Shown here: in pieces, positions 39,811-54,759 of the stretch
Layout of the letters: each line of letters starts with the position of its first letter
How positions within the stretch are numbered: the first letter of the stretch is position 1
Assembly: GCF_009914755.1 (NCBI RefSeq)
Contig: NC_060937.1
DNA: 64,000 bases
Origin: the human T2T-CHM13v2.0 reference genome, Homo sapiens
Reading direction: 5' to 3' (one strand)
Notes under the pieces: model-generated
Databases searched by the model: none
Seen by the model: the letters and a program-made list of their open reading frames with translations, nothing else
Told to the model about the DNA's origin: nothing
Made by a program: the position numbers and the translations under genes

Positions 39811-40886
39811 GATTAAATTTATAGAATAAAATTATAGTAAACATAACATTATTGTATGAAAGCAGATATTTGACATTGCGAAAAGTTTACAAACTGCTAC
39901 TGGGTAAAAAAAGCCAAGCTCTAAATGCTATTGCATAATCACACCTTTATACAAAGTGTATACATGTGTATTTGATGATACTATACCTAAATTTAAGTGG
40001 TAAAGAACTATAACAATTCGTAATACTAGTTGCCTATGGGTATTAGGACAATTTTTGAAAAAATTTCTCATATTCTTTTTGTAATAAATATACATTTTAG
40101 GTATAATTATGGTTAATGTTGCTGTTATGTTTTTATCTTTCACTACGCAGAAATAATAACTAAGCTGAAAGTTACATCATTATTCCTTTTACAACTGAAA
40201 GAAGAAAGATAACTCTAGGTGAAGCAAGAGTAAAGGAAATCTTGCACATAGAAGGGATCAGAATGTCATATATTATGGGTATTCAACACATGTATGTTCA
40301 TCAAATTGAGCTTTTATTAGTCACTCACTAAATTTTTAGCCTCTTGTAGCTATATTTGTTTTAAAGGAAAATTATTGTGTCATAATTAACAGCACATGTA
40401 ACACTTGGCAGCGCACATGACCAAAAACATTTCAATTAAAATTTCTAAGTATTGGAAGTACCACAGTACCTATTACTGAAAACAATAAATAACATATGTA
40501 TATATATATTTATTTCATGAGTTGTCAATTTTATTCCTTCGTAAATTCTGTTATACATCATTCTGAGGAAGTCTATGCATTAAAGGTACACATTTTTCTT
40601 TCTCTTGCATAATCATATTTTAGAGAGAGTTTGTGTCAGGTACCACACGTTGCATGTAAGAACAATATGCTCTTGGGATATAGACATGCCTTCAGCTAGA
40701 GCCTCAAAACTATGCATGCACATTAGTGCACACACATGCACACAGCTTCTATTGTAGGCAGGTACCCTTACTCTAGTAGGATTTTGATTTCATCTCTTTT
40801 CCCATGTCTGCCTTTGAATTTTATAGTTGTTACTTGCATCTTCTTTCATTACTTTCTCATTCTGCCTTATGAGGTCTAACAAATAG

Positions 40887-41165
40887 GACTAGAGACTACC
40901 TGAAAAGTGACACAGTCTAGGCCAGTAGGGGCATAATAGTGTTCTATTCTGTCAAATGACAGAGGTCAGACTATAATTAAGACTTAAGATATTTTTCTTA
41001 ATTTTATTGATTATCCATTCCGAACAAAGATGCATTCTTTCTGAGTAACTTTGGCCTTTCATTTTATAATTTAACCTTTACACCTTAGCAGTAGGTCTAC
41101 AGAACTATGCAGTTAAGTCATTCAAATTTTAGTATAAAAGGTATACGAATAAAAATATTCCAGCT
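40887..41165 (+). repeat. dispersed direct repeat, copy A (probable donor of 57038-57369)
   Basis: gactagagact.cctg.aaagtgacaca...tctaggccagtagggg...ctattctgtca.atgacaga...ttatccattcc.aacaaagatg.att...tgagtaacttt.gcctt...acagaactatgca, collinear in both copies. Confidence 0.93.
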
Positions 41166-42579
41166 GCATTGTGGAGGCAGTTCATTGTGGATGCAACTTC
41201 AGTGAAAAAGAGGTCATTCATCATGTGCATAACGCTTGACAAAGAAGGAAATATAAAAATAGAAGTCATTAACTAAACCTGATTTTACTTGCCCAAGCCC
41301 AAATTAATTAACCTTAAATATGCATACAGGCAAGAAAATAATACAACATAATAAGTATAAACCAAATGGAATTGCTTAATATCATAATACCTGTGAAAAA
41401 CTATACTGGCCATATCTAAGGCAATTTTCCCTCTAATATGTAGAGCCGTGCCATTTTGTTACTGCAAAAGATTACAAGATAGTCTAGCAAAAATTTTGTC
41501 ATTTAAAAATCAATAAGAAAGGAAATAGAATTGTAAAAATTAGTTGATATAGCCTAAAATCACAAGTGTGTTGGCATTAGAATTGTGACCAAAACGAAAC
41601 CTCCTGACTCAAAACCATTAAATAAATCTTTTGAGTGACACATAAATTCCACATGATAAATTTTCAGAATTAGGTGTCATCCTTAATAGAGAATTCAAGA
41701 TGAAATATGTTGATACATTTAAAAACTAAATATATTATATTTTGCCAAATTTTACAGCTACTTTTGACAATGAGAGGAAATCTGGGCAGATATGAAGCTG
41801 TATCACAGCATTACCTCTCCAATGTCACAATAAATTCTGTAATAAAGTAAATTCTGTAAAAAAAAAAGAAAAGAAAAGAAACAAACTTAAACTAATTCCA
41901 CCAGTTATTAAGTGTGTTTTCTTTTTTGTTTGTTTCATATTAATTTTTTAAATAATCCTAAAAACAAATAAAACTCCAGGGATGGGAGCACAGTGAGGGG
42001 GATAAAATAACAATTATTAAAATATTATTCCAATGAATCTGTATAAACTATATAGGCAATATAATTTTAATGGATAACTTATGTGTTTACTAGACAACCT
42101 AAAAGTATAAACATAATTGTACTTTTATTCAACATTTTCTTCTCTACTTGCTATGTTGGTCTATTTAAATAATACCAAATAATAAAAAAGAAAGCAGAAA
42201 AAGAAAACAAAAAAAAAAAAAAAGAAAAAGACAGAAACTTACCTTCTAGTAAACAGGTAAAAGCAACCTTATATTCTTTCTCTCCTATTTGTAAACATGA
42301 AGTAAGGAAGTAAGACCTCAAATGTCATTACAGTCTCAAAGTTTTACCTGAAATGTGACATAAGAATAAAGCCAATATAATGCCACATTATATTTATGTT
42401 CAGTTTTGTGTTCTAAGCATTCTCCTCCCCAAATACTGTTAAATATGGGAGAAAAATTAATTATAGTAACTTTTTGTAATAGTTTCTTCTTGGAATCAAT
42501 ATAAGTGAATAAATATACAGAAGGCAGACAATGCATTGAATTAACACTAAAAATACTGAAAAATTTCAGGGCTTCATTG

Positions 42580-42900
42580 ACACATTAATTTATTGATGAG
42601 GACTTTGTGTATCACAAAATGTAGTGAAAATATAATGTAAATAACATATAGTTTCTGACTACAAGAAGATATAGACTGGAAGGGAAGTAGGCAAATGAAT
42701 AACATATTACATGTTGATGGCTATAATTCTAGAGATAGATATGTATCAGCCTATGTAAGGACAGAAAAAGAACAGTTTAATTACAGAGGAGGATGAAAGT
42801 AACAGTTACACTAAATCATTTCAAGAGAGATGATTCTTGAGTTGAATTTTCAGTGATAGCAAAGGCAGATACCTCCTTCGGAAGAAGCATAATGTACACA
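42580..42900 (-). mobile_element. L2 3' region fragment
   Basis: degenerate antisense L2 pattern, e.g. gagatgattcttgagttgaatttt. Confidence 0.45.
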
Positions 42901-43094
42901 TTCTCAAAAGTATCTGGAATATTTTGTAAGTCATTTAGACAGCAATTAAAACTGAGAGTCCAAATAAAATGTATGAATAATAGAACAGATTTTTGTTGTA
43001 TAGAAGTATATATTGTCTCATGGTTATGAAACTGGACTTTTATGTTTAATAGACTTTCACTGAAAGGCCTTTATCTAAACATTAGTTGCTGAGG

Positions 43095-43220
43095 ATAGGC
43101 AAGTTGCCCTTTGTTTCAGTATTCTCAACTGCAAAACAGAAATAATAGTACATAGCTTATGTGTTGTTGAAAGTATCCATAGTAATACCATTTAAAGCCC
43201 TAAACTTTGTACCTACACAA
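43095..43220 (+). mobile_element. MIR
   Basis: ggcaagtt...tcagtattctcaactgcaaaacagaaataatagta. Confidence 0.55.
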
Positions 43221-45479
43221 ACCTGTTGGCTGTAGCCAAGATTTCTGTATTTCCAAATGCGAAGGAAGACACCCAAAGCTACTATTCTAAATTTCTCAAA
43301 AACATCTCACATAATTGACCCACCATCATGAGGAAAGCAATTCTTCTCTTCTATCTATAACTCCACCTTCCATTCTTCATATTTCTCTAATATCTCATGC
43401 TAAATGTCTTTATCTTGATTAATAGTAATATATACTATTGGATAGTAAATAATGCTAGAAAAATATCAAGTGAGGATACTCAGTTTAGACCTTGAGCTCA
43501 AAGGAGGTGTCTGAGCTTTTGTGTATAAAGCCGTAAAGCATGTGGATCATAGTTAAAGTCATAAGAATAAAAGAGATGGGTAAGACTAAAAATGTAGAAT
43601 TATAAGTGAAGAGAACACAAAGGGAAATTTTTTTTCAGAACAACAAGTTAAAAGCTAAGTCCTGTGAACAGTAAACAGTTTTTAGACTATAAAATATGAA
43701 TAGTTAAAAAAGTCATTTAATGTATTCTTTCTCTGTTCAGAAGTAAAAAGTAAAAAACTACATCATCAATTTCACTGTAGTATTTCTTTGTACACAAAAA
43801 CGATAGAATAGGGAATAATTTTTTCCACACATCTCTCACCTTCAACCACCGCTATGTAAAGCTGATGACAATGTCATCCTATCTGTCTAGTTTAGTTATT
43901 TGAAAAATCAATATTGCTGGGCAGTTTACTTTTCATCAGCCAGAGCTTGAGATATTTCCCCATATAATATCAAATTGTAAGTGACAGGTTGCTGTTCTTA
44001 AGACTTTTGGTCTTTGTCAGGTTTCCAAGGGTCAAAGCTTTCTGGCATCAGATCATAGAGAACTTGCATTATCAAATTAATAATAAGATCATTGTGATAT
44101 TAGTTTAGTATATTTTATTTAGATTCTCTTCATAAAAACAAAGTACTTCTGTTAAATCATCTTGATATATTTTTATCAGATCAAATATAGTAATATATAA
44201 TAATTAAATAAGTTTTCATGATAGAATTTTTAAAGCTTTTTTTCTCAGCAGATAAAAATAGAGAGATCTAAATTCTAAAGTGATCTGTTTCACATAGAAG
44301 AGTCTCATAGTCTTGCCTAATACATGGATTCTTGAATTAATTTTGGAATAATAAGAGGCTTAAGAGAGAGAGGGCGGAGGCTTTCTTGAACCCTGCTGAG
44401 CAAGCTCTCCCAAACAGGATATGTCCTTTCCTATGTCCATGTCTGTGTCTACTTTTACATCTGTCTATGTCTATATACACATATATCTCCTTATATCTGT
44501 CTATATCAATATATTTTCTCTTCTTTGGAGAATCTTCAAAACCAGACAAATAGAGGAACCTTGAGGAAATTGCAGCTATGAAGAAGTTTTATGTACTGTG
44601 CTGTTAGAGGGCTTCTAAGAAAAAGTGTGTGTGGGTTTTTTTGTTTGTTTTGTTTTGTTTTTAGAAATGCAGATAATGGCAACTGAAGACAATGAGCAAA
44701 GAAGGACTGTTCTCTAGTCATGAATGACAGTAAGTCCAAAAGAGGTATACAAAGTCAAGCAGAAGGGAAATAGGCAAAATCTGTGTGCATATTTTCACAT
44801 ATTATCATTATACTCATTGCTCTTTATTCTCTTGAGAAAATTTATAACATCATCAACAATAAAGTATTTATTTTGCTGAAATTACATTTTTTAAAAAACT
44901 AGTTTCTCTTTTATTTTATATTTCAGATTTCTTCAGTTCTTGAATATGTAAATATTGTTACTCAGAACATTTAACACAAAGAAAATTTGCTAAAATGGCA
45001 TATATGAAATATAAAATTTAAAAGAATTACAGTTTAAACATTTTCAAATAAATCTGAAAATACAAAAACAGAAAGTTACAAAGACAGAAAAATTATGATT
45101 AAGCCTATTCAAACACTTTTCTCACCTTTTTTTATCATTTGTGTGGTACATCTGTGTGTATCTCCTTACTGGGCAGTAAAACCCAATTTTGAGGCTACAA
45201 AATGTACAAAACTAAACACTACATAATCATAATTGTCAATTAATTACAATAGCACTATCACATCCCTGATGATGTTCTGGAAATGTCCTTGGTAATTATT
45301 GCATAATTAAATTCAATTGATTTTTAAGATATCTTACCGGAAACTTTTCCATCATTTTTAAGAGTTAACAGTCTTTCTTCCTTGAATTCTTTATTTTCAT
45401 CTTTTTCCTCTCTAACATTCAAAGCATATGATTCTCAGATTTTGTTTTGTTTCAGACTTAAATGGTATGCTTCATATTC

Positions 45480-46075
45480 AATTCTGTCTTGCTTTGTTCT
45501 CAGTGACTTTTCTTCCTACTTTAAATGTTCACTCTAGGAGCTATCATTAACTGATTTTGGTCACTTGCATTTATAAGCCAATGATTTTAAAATATTTTCT
45601 GACTCAAAAAATGCTGCACTCTGCTCTCTTTGTCTCTTTATCCCTCGTTCTCTCTGTCTCTTTCTTTGTCTCTCCTGCTCTTTCATTACTAAGTTTGTCC
45701 ACCTGAATGTACTGAACGCAGCTCAAAGACAACACACCAATAATTTGTTCTCCACACCTTTTGTTTGTCCTATAATCATTGTATTTACAAATTACAGCTT
45801 TACTTCCTGAGTTACCCAAACCAGAAATCTAGGAGTAACCGTTGAGTTGAGATTTTGCACTGCCATCTTCTCATCCCAATGGTGAAAAAATTCTGGGCAA
45901 ATGTTCTTTGTAATATCTCATATGACCCTTTTATTTTCTCTATTTATCATATCTCTGCCTTAGTTAAACTCTAATCATTAAACATTCTATTACCATAGTT
46001 TTTAAATAGCTTCCAAAAGTCTACTATCAGCCCTACTATAATCCAGTCTTCACAGACAAATAGAATTTTAAAAGA
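45480..46075 (+). mobile_element. L2 fragment
   Basis: tccacctgaatgt...gttacccaaaccagaaatctaggagt...taatccagtcttcacag. Confidence 0.55.
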
Positions 46076-46451
46076 TCTATCTAGTTTCAAATTTCCCTGT
46101 TTGGTCTTTTAGTTGACTGAACCTGAGTAAATTACTTAGCCTATTTAAGATTTGGATTGCTAGTATGAGACACAGTAACAGCTACCTTAAAACCATTACT
46201 AAGACTACATGTAATTAAGGTTGAAAAACATATATTTATTTTGTATCCATCATTGCAGAATGTGGTATGAATAAAATGGTGAATAGTCTAAATATGGCTC
46301 ATACTGTTATGTATAATATAGTCTGAGAGGAAATAAAAGAAGGGAAATAATAAATATTATCATGTGTGAGGGACACTTAAGAAAAATATCTAAGAAAAGA
46401 ACAAAGAAAGACACCTAAGGTAAGTTTGGTGGCAGGTAAGAGAAACTTTCC

Positions 46452-47054
<603 letters not shown>

Positions 47055-47233
47055 TCATTATGCTTACCAAGTTTAATTTATTTTACTGTCTTGTATTGTC
47101 AAAAGAACAATGTTTTGAGGCCTTCATCTGTCATGAAAAGTCCTCCATTTTCTCAGTCATTAATGGATTTCCAGTTTTTCTTCTCACTCCATTCCTTTCT
47201 CTCTCTGTTCTCATCAAGGGTGGCACTCCAAGT

Positions 47234-47425
47234 CAGCACTGTCCAATAGAAAGTTCTGAGGTGATGAAAATGTTCTATATCTGCACTTTCCACTTGTATG
47301 TCGCTATTTAACCATTAAGCACTTGAAATGTGGCTAGGGCAACTGAGAAAATTAATCCTTAATTTAATTTAATTTACATTTAAAGAGCCACATGGAGCTA
47401 GTAGCTACCCTATTAAACGGCACAG
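47234..47425. mobile_element. MER3 hAT-Charlie MITE
   Basis: cagcactgtccaatagaa...gatgaaaatgttctatatctgcact...agcacttgaaatgtggctag...agccacatg..gctagtagctacc.tatt. Confidence 0.85.
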
Positions 47426-47954
47426 ATGTAGAATTTTTATTTGGTAGAACATTGAAAATGGCACATTGACTGAAAAGTGGTGCTAAAGGATTTAGGCTTT
47501 GGCATAGTAAATACTTTTCTTTAAAATGTAGGTTTATTTGGTATGTCTCAGAAGGTAGAGGTGATTGTAGTTACAGGTGAATTAAAACCCTCCTCCATGG
47601 TGTTACTAAAGCTGCCTCAATTCATGCCCTGGATGTAAAATACCACTTGCAGTTCCCTGAACTCACTATTGCTGTTTCATACCTCAAAGACTTTGCTAGG
47701 ACACATCAACTAGAATGCTACTCCACCCCTGGCCATCTGGTAAATACACAATTATTCATCAACACAGCTCAATTGTCATATCTTTTACATAGGTCTCTCA
47801 GGAACACCTTATAATTATTTAAAATTTGTGAGATTTTCTCTAGAATTCCCTACTGCCCTATGGCTGAAAGCGTTGTATCCCACTAAAACCACCTTTACTA
47901 TTTCTATCCTGTAACTTCCTAATGCTCTCTCAGCCACATTTTCTGAATCACTTA

Positions 47955-47955
<1 letters not shown>

Positions 47956-48003
<48 letters not shown>
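47956..48003. repeat. perfect (TA)24 microsatellite
   Basis: direct reading. Confidence 0.97.
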
Positions 48004-48006
<3 letters not shown>

Positions 48007-48399
48007 TGTATATAGATAGATGGATAGATAGAGAATATATATGACATTCTAGAAGTTACAAATGATGATCTCATCATAGTCATACCAAATGCATGCATTA
48101 TGTACTTCAGTGAATAACACAATTGAAACTTAATATGCAACTTCCATTTCTTCTCTCCATTCAGAAGAAGTTTTATTTTAGTATTTTTATTCAATTTATT
48201 TTACTTTATCACATGACATTCTCATAATTTTAAAAACTTATTCAGAATATTTTAAATAGCTATAAAGGGTATAAAATGTGTTTTATGCCCTTTATTATAA
48301 AATAATTTTACTTTTTATTTAATCCAATAAGTTTTGTTTGTTTTATTTTATTTTGTGTAAGCATAAGTTTTTTTTTTCTGTTTTGTGGAAGGTGTTACA

Positions 48400-49100
48400 T
48401 TAAAGGAAGACAATATATTACTGAAATTTCTCTCTTCTTTTGCTGGCCAAACTTCTGCTATTTTATCTTCATCTTTTAAATCTGACAGTTTGTATTTAAT
48501 TTTTATCAGTTTTGTCATTCCCATTCTTTTAGCTATATGGCAGCCTGAATATCTTTCTAGGGTGTATTGATTTTAGTCCTCATTTAAGTATTGTAAAAAT
48601 TACTATCGATTGTCTCAAGAATGATTTTGATGTACTCCCCACCCCCAACAGCCTCCTTCATTACCAGTCTCTTCATGCTAATGATGTGAGGGTGACTTTG
48701 ACTGGGAGAGAGCTAAATTAAACCAGGGTCATGCTTGCCACTGTGTCCTTGGAATGCTTTTCTTTTGGCAGCAGCACTTCTATTTGTTTCCTTTGCTCTT
48801 CCTGCAGTTTTGTGCAACAACTTGTTCAGATACGCAACTATAGTACTGGGTCCAGCTTTGTATCCATGGCAGCAATTTCTGCCCTAGTTTTATCTGACTT
48901 TTCATTTAATTCTTCTGAAAGGGAATTCATCCCTTTGTAGAGGAAACTAATGAGGCACTGGTACCAGAGCCCTGGTTCCTATGTGCCAAAAACAGCATCT
49001 TGCAAAGCTGCAAGACATATGACCTTGGGGAGTAAGTCTCATTGAGTAAATTTTGCATTTCAAACATCTTCAAATATCGTCCTACCATATTAAAGTTTTG
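48400..49100 (-). pseudogene. decayed coding-like remnant, tentatively Ty3/Gypsy gag (MamGyp-int-like)
   Basis: manual minus-strand translation: IFEDV*NAKFTQ*DLLPKVICLAALQDAVFGT*EPGLWYQCLISFLYKGMNSLSEELNEKSDKTRAEIAAMDTK, frameshift, AGPSTIVAYLNKLLHKTAGRA, later EYIKIILETIDSNFYNT*MRTKINTP*KDIQAAI*LKEWE; judged by eye only. Confidence 0.4.
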
Positions 49101-52100
49101 CAAGAATCAAAAATAGATGAGTATGAATAGATACTCATTGAAGCATTTTTTCACTATTAGAAAAAAGCTCCTTTTTCCTTCTTTACACATATTTGTTGAG
49201 TATTATTTACTAATTTTTTTTTTGAGAAACACATCATGTGCAACTTCTATAATACTAGATGTAGTGTGCTGATGACAATTTGGTAGTTATGGTCAAGAAA
49301 ACCTAGGTTTATTTTATAAATTCTAATAGAATTTCATAGTTCATTCTATGTTTAATTTTTATTAATCATAACTAAATAAAATCAATTCTAAAAATTTAAT
49401 ATTTGAAAAAATTTTTATAGAAAATTCATGTAGTAAAGGTGTTAAACTTTTAACAAGTGATACATAAACAAAAGCCATGAAAATGGTTGATGAGTTCATA
49501 TTTTTACTATTCCATGTCCAGCACCTATGTGCTAGTCAGCTCAGCTTATGTGTTTGTGGAAAAAAAAAGAGGTAACAATAGAAGTCCGATTATACTTTTT
49601 CCTTTATATTTTTCTGTAAGTTAGTAAAATGAAGGTAAATAAAGTCCTTTTTTATCTTTGGATCAGAACTCTTAAGTACTGTATTTTAAAAGTTGTAACA
49701 ACATATAAAGTAATTCAGAAATTTTCCAATCACCACATTGCCCAAGAGGAAAAATCACACATAATTTTATGCACTTCATATGAGCATAAGTTCAGTTTTT
49801 TACACATATGTACACAGACACAGAAAATGTGTGTCTAAAGCACAATTCATGTTGCCTTTTATTTTGTTCAAGATATTTTTTATTATTAGAGTTTCTTCCT
49901 ATATTTTTGAAAATCCCATTGCATTTTGCATGTATAGGTCTTACCATTCTAATTTTTTTAAATGCATAATGACATAACTTTAAATACACAAAAACTATTT
50001 AGTAGTAGTTTATTATTGGCACTAACTGATATAGTTGGACTTACATCAGTTATAATTTTGAGAAATCCACTACTACTGTCATCCAACATAATTGTATAAA
50101 GTCTGAATTTTTAAAAAGTCTCCTTAAAAATTAAAGACGTATAAAATACGCGTATCTATTTTAAAAGCAACTTTCACTTAGAATGCATAACACTGTGCTT
50201 AGTAATGCTTGTTCTTAATTTAAGTAATAAAAACAACATTAAAGCTAAGTTCTATTTTTTGAATAGCAACCAAAGGTAATATGAGATCAGAAAATGTCAC
50301 TAAATTAAACTCCTAAGGGAAAAATTTAGATTTTAATGAGAATAGAAAATGTTTGTTTCATTTCAATGATATTTTAAGAATCATAATCTCATATTTCTAT
50401 TAGATACCAAGGAGGAGGCTGGGCTTGCGTGCTTAATAATGAGATTTGTCGCAAATTTAATAGGTGGTAATATCTTTAGCAGAATACATTTAAAGAGTAT
50501 TTTTAACCTAATTATGCATTGATGTATTAATGCTAACTAGCAACCAGAAAAGAAGGAAAAAAATAATTATAAGAAAAGACTACATTCTAACAGAAAGTTA
50601 TAAAGGATTAGGCTTCAACGAAAGGGAATTGTCATTCTGAAAAGGGGAAAAAAACCTTTAGAAAACTCTAGACAAGATAGGTAAAAATTACAGCATTCAT
50701 GGTAAGTAATAAAAACCGTAATTGTTACATGAGATAATTTTGTGGAGAATGGATGTGATGTGACAGAAATCATCCTGTCTTTACTGATATTCTGGATGAA
50801 TACCAGTATTAATACACTGGTAAGTCCAGAGTAACTTTTTAAACATACTTCTGATGTTTTTAAACTCATTAAATTAATATTTAATTGAAATTACTTGCCT
50901 TCACTTCTCCTTTACAAATCACAGATACCTCACCAAGCATCACTGGTCTTCCTCTGAGGTTTATCAAAGCCTTTCCAAGGAAGCATCATTCCAAACCACT
51001 GAAACAGTTAAACTGGAGGCTTTAACACATTACCAACACAAAACACAACCTTCTCAGTAATTCCTGGGCCTTTCTCCATTTTTTCCCGGTTTTTAACACC
51101 ATTTCATCTTTACATCTCTCATTTCCTGCCTGTCAGTGTGTCCCATTAGGGTACAAATTAGTTTCTTTAAATTTATTTAAACACTATTATTAAATGTTAT
51201 GCATATTCTGGGCTAACCAGTCCCTTTAAAAATAGGTGTTACTTTAAAATCAGCAAATATTTAGTATTATATTCCCCTAAACTTTCTTTAGATAATTAAT
51301 ATAGAACATGGAATTTATGGTTGGAAAAGTAATGTGATTTTTTAAAATGAAACAGCACCCTACTAGGTCTACATGTACCAATTTTTTATATTGTCTAGAA
51401 ATCACAATTTATATTCAATGCAGTTATATCCCTCTTCATTTTAAAATAATTGATACATCACATTAACTTCCTAATCACTCCCTAATATTCTCTATGCCTA
51501 ATTAGTCCTGAATATTCTCAGTGCATGCTTATGCAATTTCTAACATCTAGCTAATTTTAAATACTTCCATTAGACATCTATTAGATATCAACATGCTTTT
51601 CTTCTGAAAGTTACATCTACATTTTCATTGTTTATAACATCTTATGTGTGAATATAATATAGGCTAGTGCTGCTATAACCTTACAATGAATTGTCCTAGT
51701 TTTTCTAGTCCTATTTTTCCTGCTCTTTTTCTCAGATCCTTTAAATAAAATCAAATGTGCAGTTATTAAAAAAAAACAAATAAAATATACTGGAGAAGAT
51801 CCTTAAAAGGATATTTCAAAACTAAAGTTCCCACAATGAGTTTACTGGACAACTAAAGTATTAGTTAACAAAACACAAGCAAAATGTCTGAAAAATAATA
51901 GGAAAATATACTGTCTGAACTGCACAAAAACATGTCTTGAAACCCAGAGCAGTGAATCTCTATCATTATGAACAGCGAAGGATTTTGTTGAATTTAAAAT
52001 GCCTCAACAATTCTATCTGTATTTTCTTTGTTTTAATTAAATTATTTCAGGAAATTCTGTATAATAATCAAATGATTTCTTAATAGCTACTCATTTTTTC

Positions 52101-52559
52101 AATTCATCATAATCTCTGTTTGCATCACTCACATTTTACTCTTTAAATTTTCCACACTGTGATTTATTTTATGACTCTTCTTCTCTCTGGGTGTTCTCTA
52201 TATGTTTTCCACATTGTCAGTATGTTCTTTATAGAAAACTGGAGAACAATGCCCCTGCTCTGGTTTAATCCTGCATTATGATTTAAGTTCATGTCTCCTG
52301 TTCTATATCCAACTGTTGAATTTTTTTATCATTTTATGATAAAATTAACCTTTTGTCCATAGTTCTTCTGTGGTGGTGATTCATTCATTGTTTTGCATCT
52401 GAGAGTCTCCTTTTGGCACAACATAGGCATGGATCTTAAACAATAATGTGCATAATTGGATAATTTAATTATATACATACTGAATGCTGCTTGGCATAAC
52501 CCATTGTTGCGAATCTCTCCATTGCAAAAGAGGAATCTGCTTAAAGTTCTGATTTAAAA

Positions 52560-52960
52560 TGTTTACTTCTTTCTTTACTAATGCATGTACTAAAGCTGAC
52601 TTAAGCACCCCTTTGCCCATTCTTTTAATCTCTTTAGATTTCATTGAATCTTAAATCTTCTAGCGTAGTATTTGCTCTTCCTCTCAATTTTGAATCATCT
52701 GCTCTTCAGCACTCTATCCAGATTGTTAATAAATATGTTAAATAGCTATGGGCCTGAAACTAATCCTGGAGGGCCTTACTAGATGCTATTTTTTTGAAAG
52801 CCCAATACATTCTATTAATAAAAACACCTATGCATTTTAATTTGATTCTCCTCTTGATATCCACCATACAATGCTGTACTGGAATAAATTTTAATACAAT
52901 ATTTTTGATAATAGACTTCACAAATCCTCTATTTTAATGTTATTATTAAGTTAAAATTGA
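52560..52960 (-). mobile_element. L3/CR1 LINE reverse-transcriptase remnant
   Basis: minus translation GPPGLVSGP*LFNIFINNLD, then after a frameshift ADDSKLRGRANT, matching CR1 GVPQGSVLGPLLFNIFINDLD...FADDTKLGG. Confidence 0.85.
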
Positions 52961-53456
52961 AAGAATAAACTTTTTCATACAATACCAAATACAACATGTT
53001 TATATAATTCCATATATATATTTATTTTAAGCAAGTATAATAAATGAAAACATTACTACAATACAGAATGATTCAGGAGGAAACCTTTGGGCTATACATA
53101 AGCAATTACACAATTTTCTGAATCTTCCTAAGGGTTCCTCCGGTAAGCATAACAAGGGCTCTGAGTATTTGAATTGATTATTTTGAGATTTACTCTTTGG
53201 TAAACTCAAAGTGTTTAACTGATATCAGAAGTAATTCTTTTCTTTAAAACCTATAGGAATTAATAAAAGCAATACTATTAAGGACAATTTCAGTAAAGAC
53301 AGTCTCCTTGAAACTAAACCTGCCTGTCATGGAAGATGTTGGCAACCATGGAGACCTTAATTTTCAGAAGAAATTTGGTGCATTTAAGGAACTGGGGCTC
53401 ACTGGAATTCAAGTCAGCTATAGTTGAAATAAGCTGTCTAGCAAAATTTTACCTGA

Positions 53457-53790
<334 letters not shown>

Positions 53791-53874
53791 TGTAAGATAG
53801 AGAATCAGAGCTGTTGATCTGTACCTGGTACAAGAAGACACATTGCTCATTGTAGTTAGTAATAGTTGGCCCTG

Positions 53875-54196
53875 GGCCGGGCGCGGTGGCTCATGCCTGT
53901 AATCCCAGCACTTTGGGAGGCCGAGTCGGGCAGATCACGAGGTCAGGAGGTCGAGGCCATCCTGGCCAACCTGTTGGAACCCCGTCTCTACTAATATACA
54001 AAAAAAAATAGCCAGGCATGGTGGCGCGCGCCTGTAGTCCCAGCTATTCAGGAGGCTGAGGTAGGGGAATTACTTGAACTGGGAGGCAAAGGTTGCAATG
54101 AGCCGAGATCGCACCACTGCACTCCAGCCTTGCGACAGAGCAAGACTCTGTCTCTAAATAAATAAATAAACAAATAAATAAATAAATAAATAAAAA
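53875..54196 (+). mobile_element. AluS (AluSc-like), full length, (TAAA)n tail
   Basis: perfect 15-bp TSD taatagttggccctg at 53860-53874 and 54197-54211. Confidence 0.97.
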
Positions 54197-54759
54197 TAAT
54201 AGTTGGCCCTGTCACTGAAGAGATATTGTTTGTTATGGGAGCAGAGACTACATTATTTCGGAAAAAATACCATTTATGGACACTGACCTCCCTTTCTTTG
54301 CTCCATACTTAATACGATAAATGTGCTCTACATGGGAAATTGAATTTAGCTATTTGGCTTGAATTTATGCAGTATTTATATTTAATTTCACACACTAAAG
54401 AAGTATTTTATCTCCAAAATATTTTTATTACTATTTATATCTTACGATGTATTAACCACAAGATATTTTCAACCAAATATTGAATCTATTAGCTGTAGAT
54501 ATCATTCTAACAGTGATTGACTTTATAGAACTTTATTGCCTGTTCTTTTCTGACTCCAGAAGAGACTTGGATGTTGACCCCTAGTCAATGGATTTAGAGA
54601 ACAGTATATTAGAAGAGAGCAATGAGCCAAGTAATAAAGAAATGAGATAAAAAGCATAATTTTCCTTTTCAAAATATTTATTTTTATTTTTACAACTTTA
54701 AGTTAGCTATATATGCTTATGGATTGTTTGTTTAATACTCTACTTTTCAATTCTGTCTG

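Noticed and set aside
48840-48930. Resemblance of the LNEK...RAEIAAMDTKLD peptide to cellular coiled coils (MCUR1- or KCNN-like)
   Set aside because: The similarity does not extend to flanking residues and coiled coils match promiscuously, so no gene symbol was assigned.
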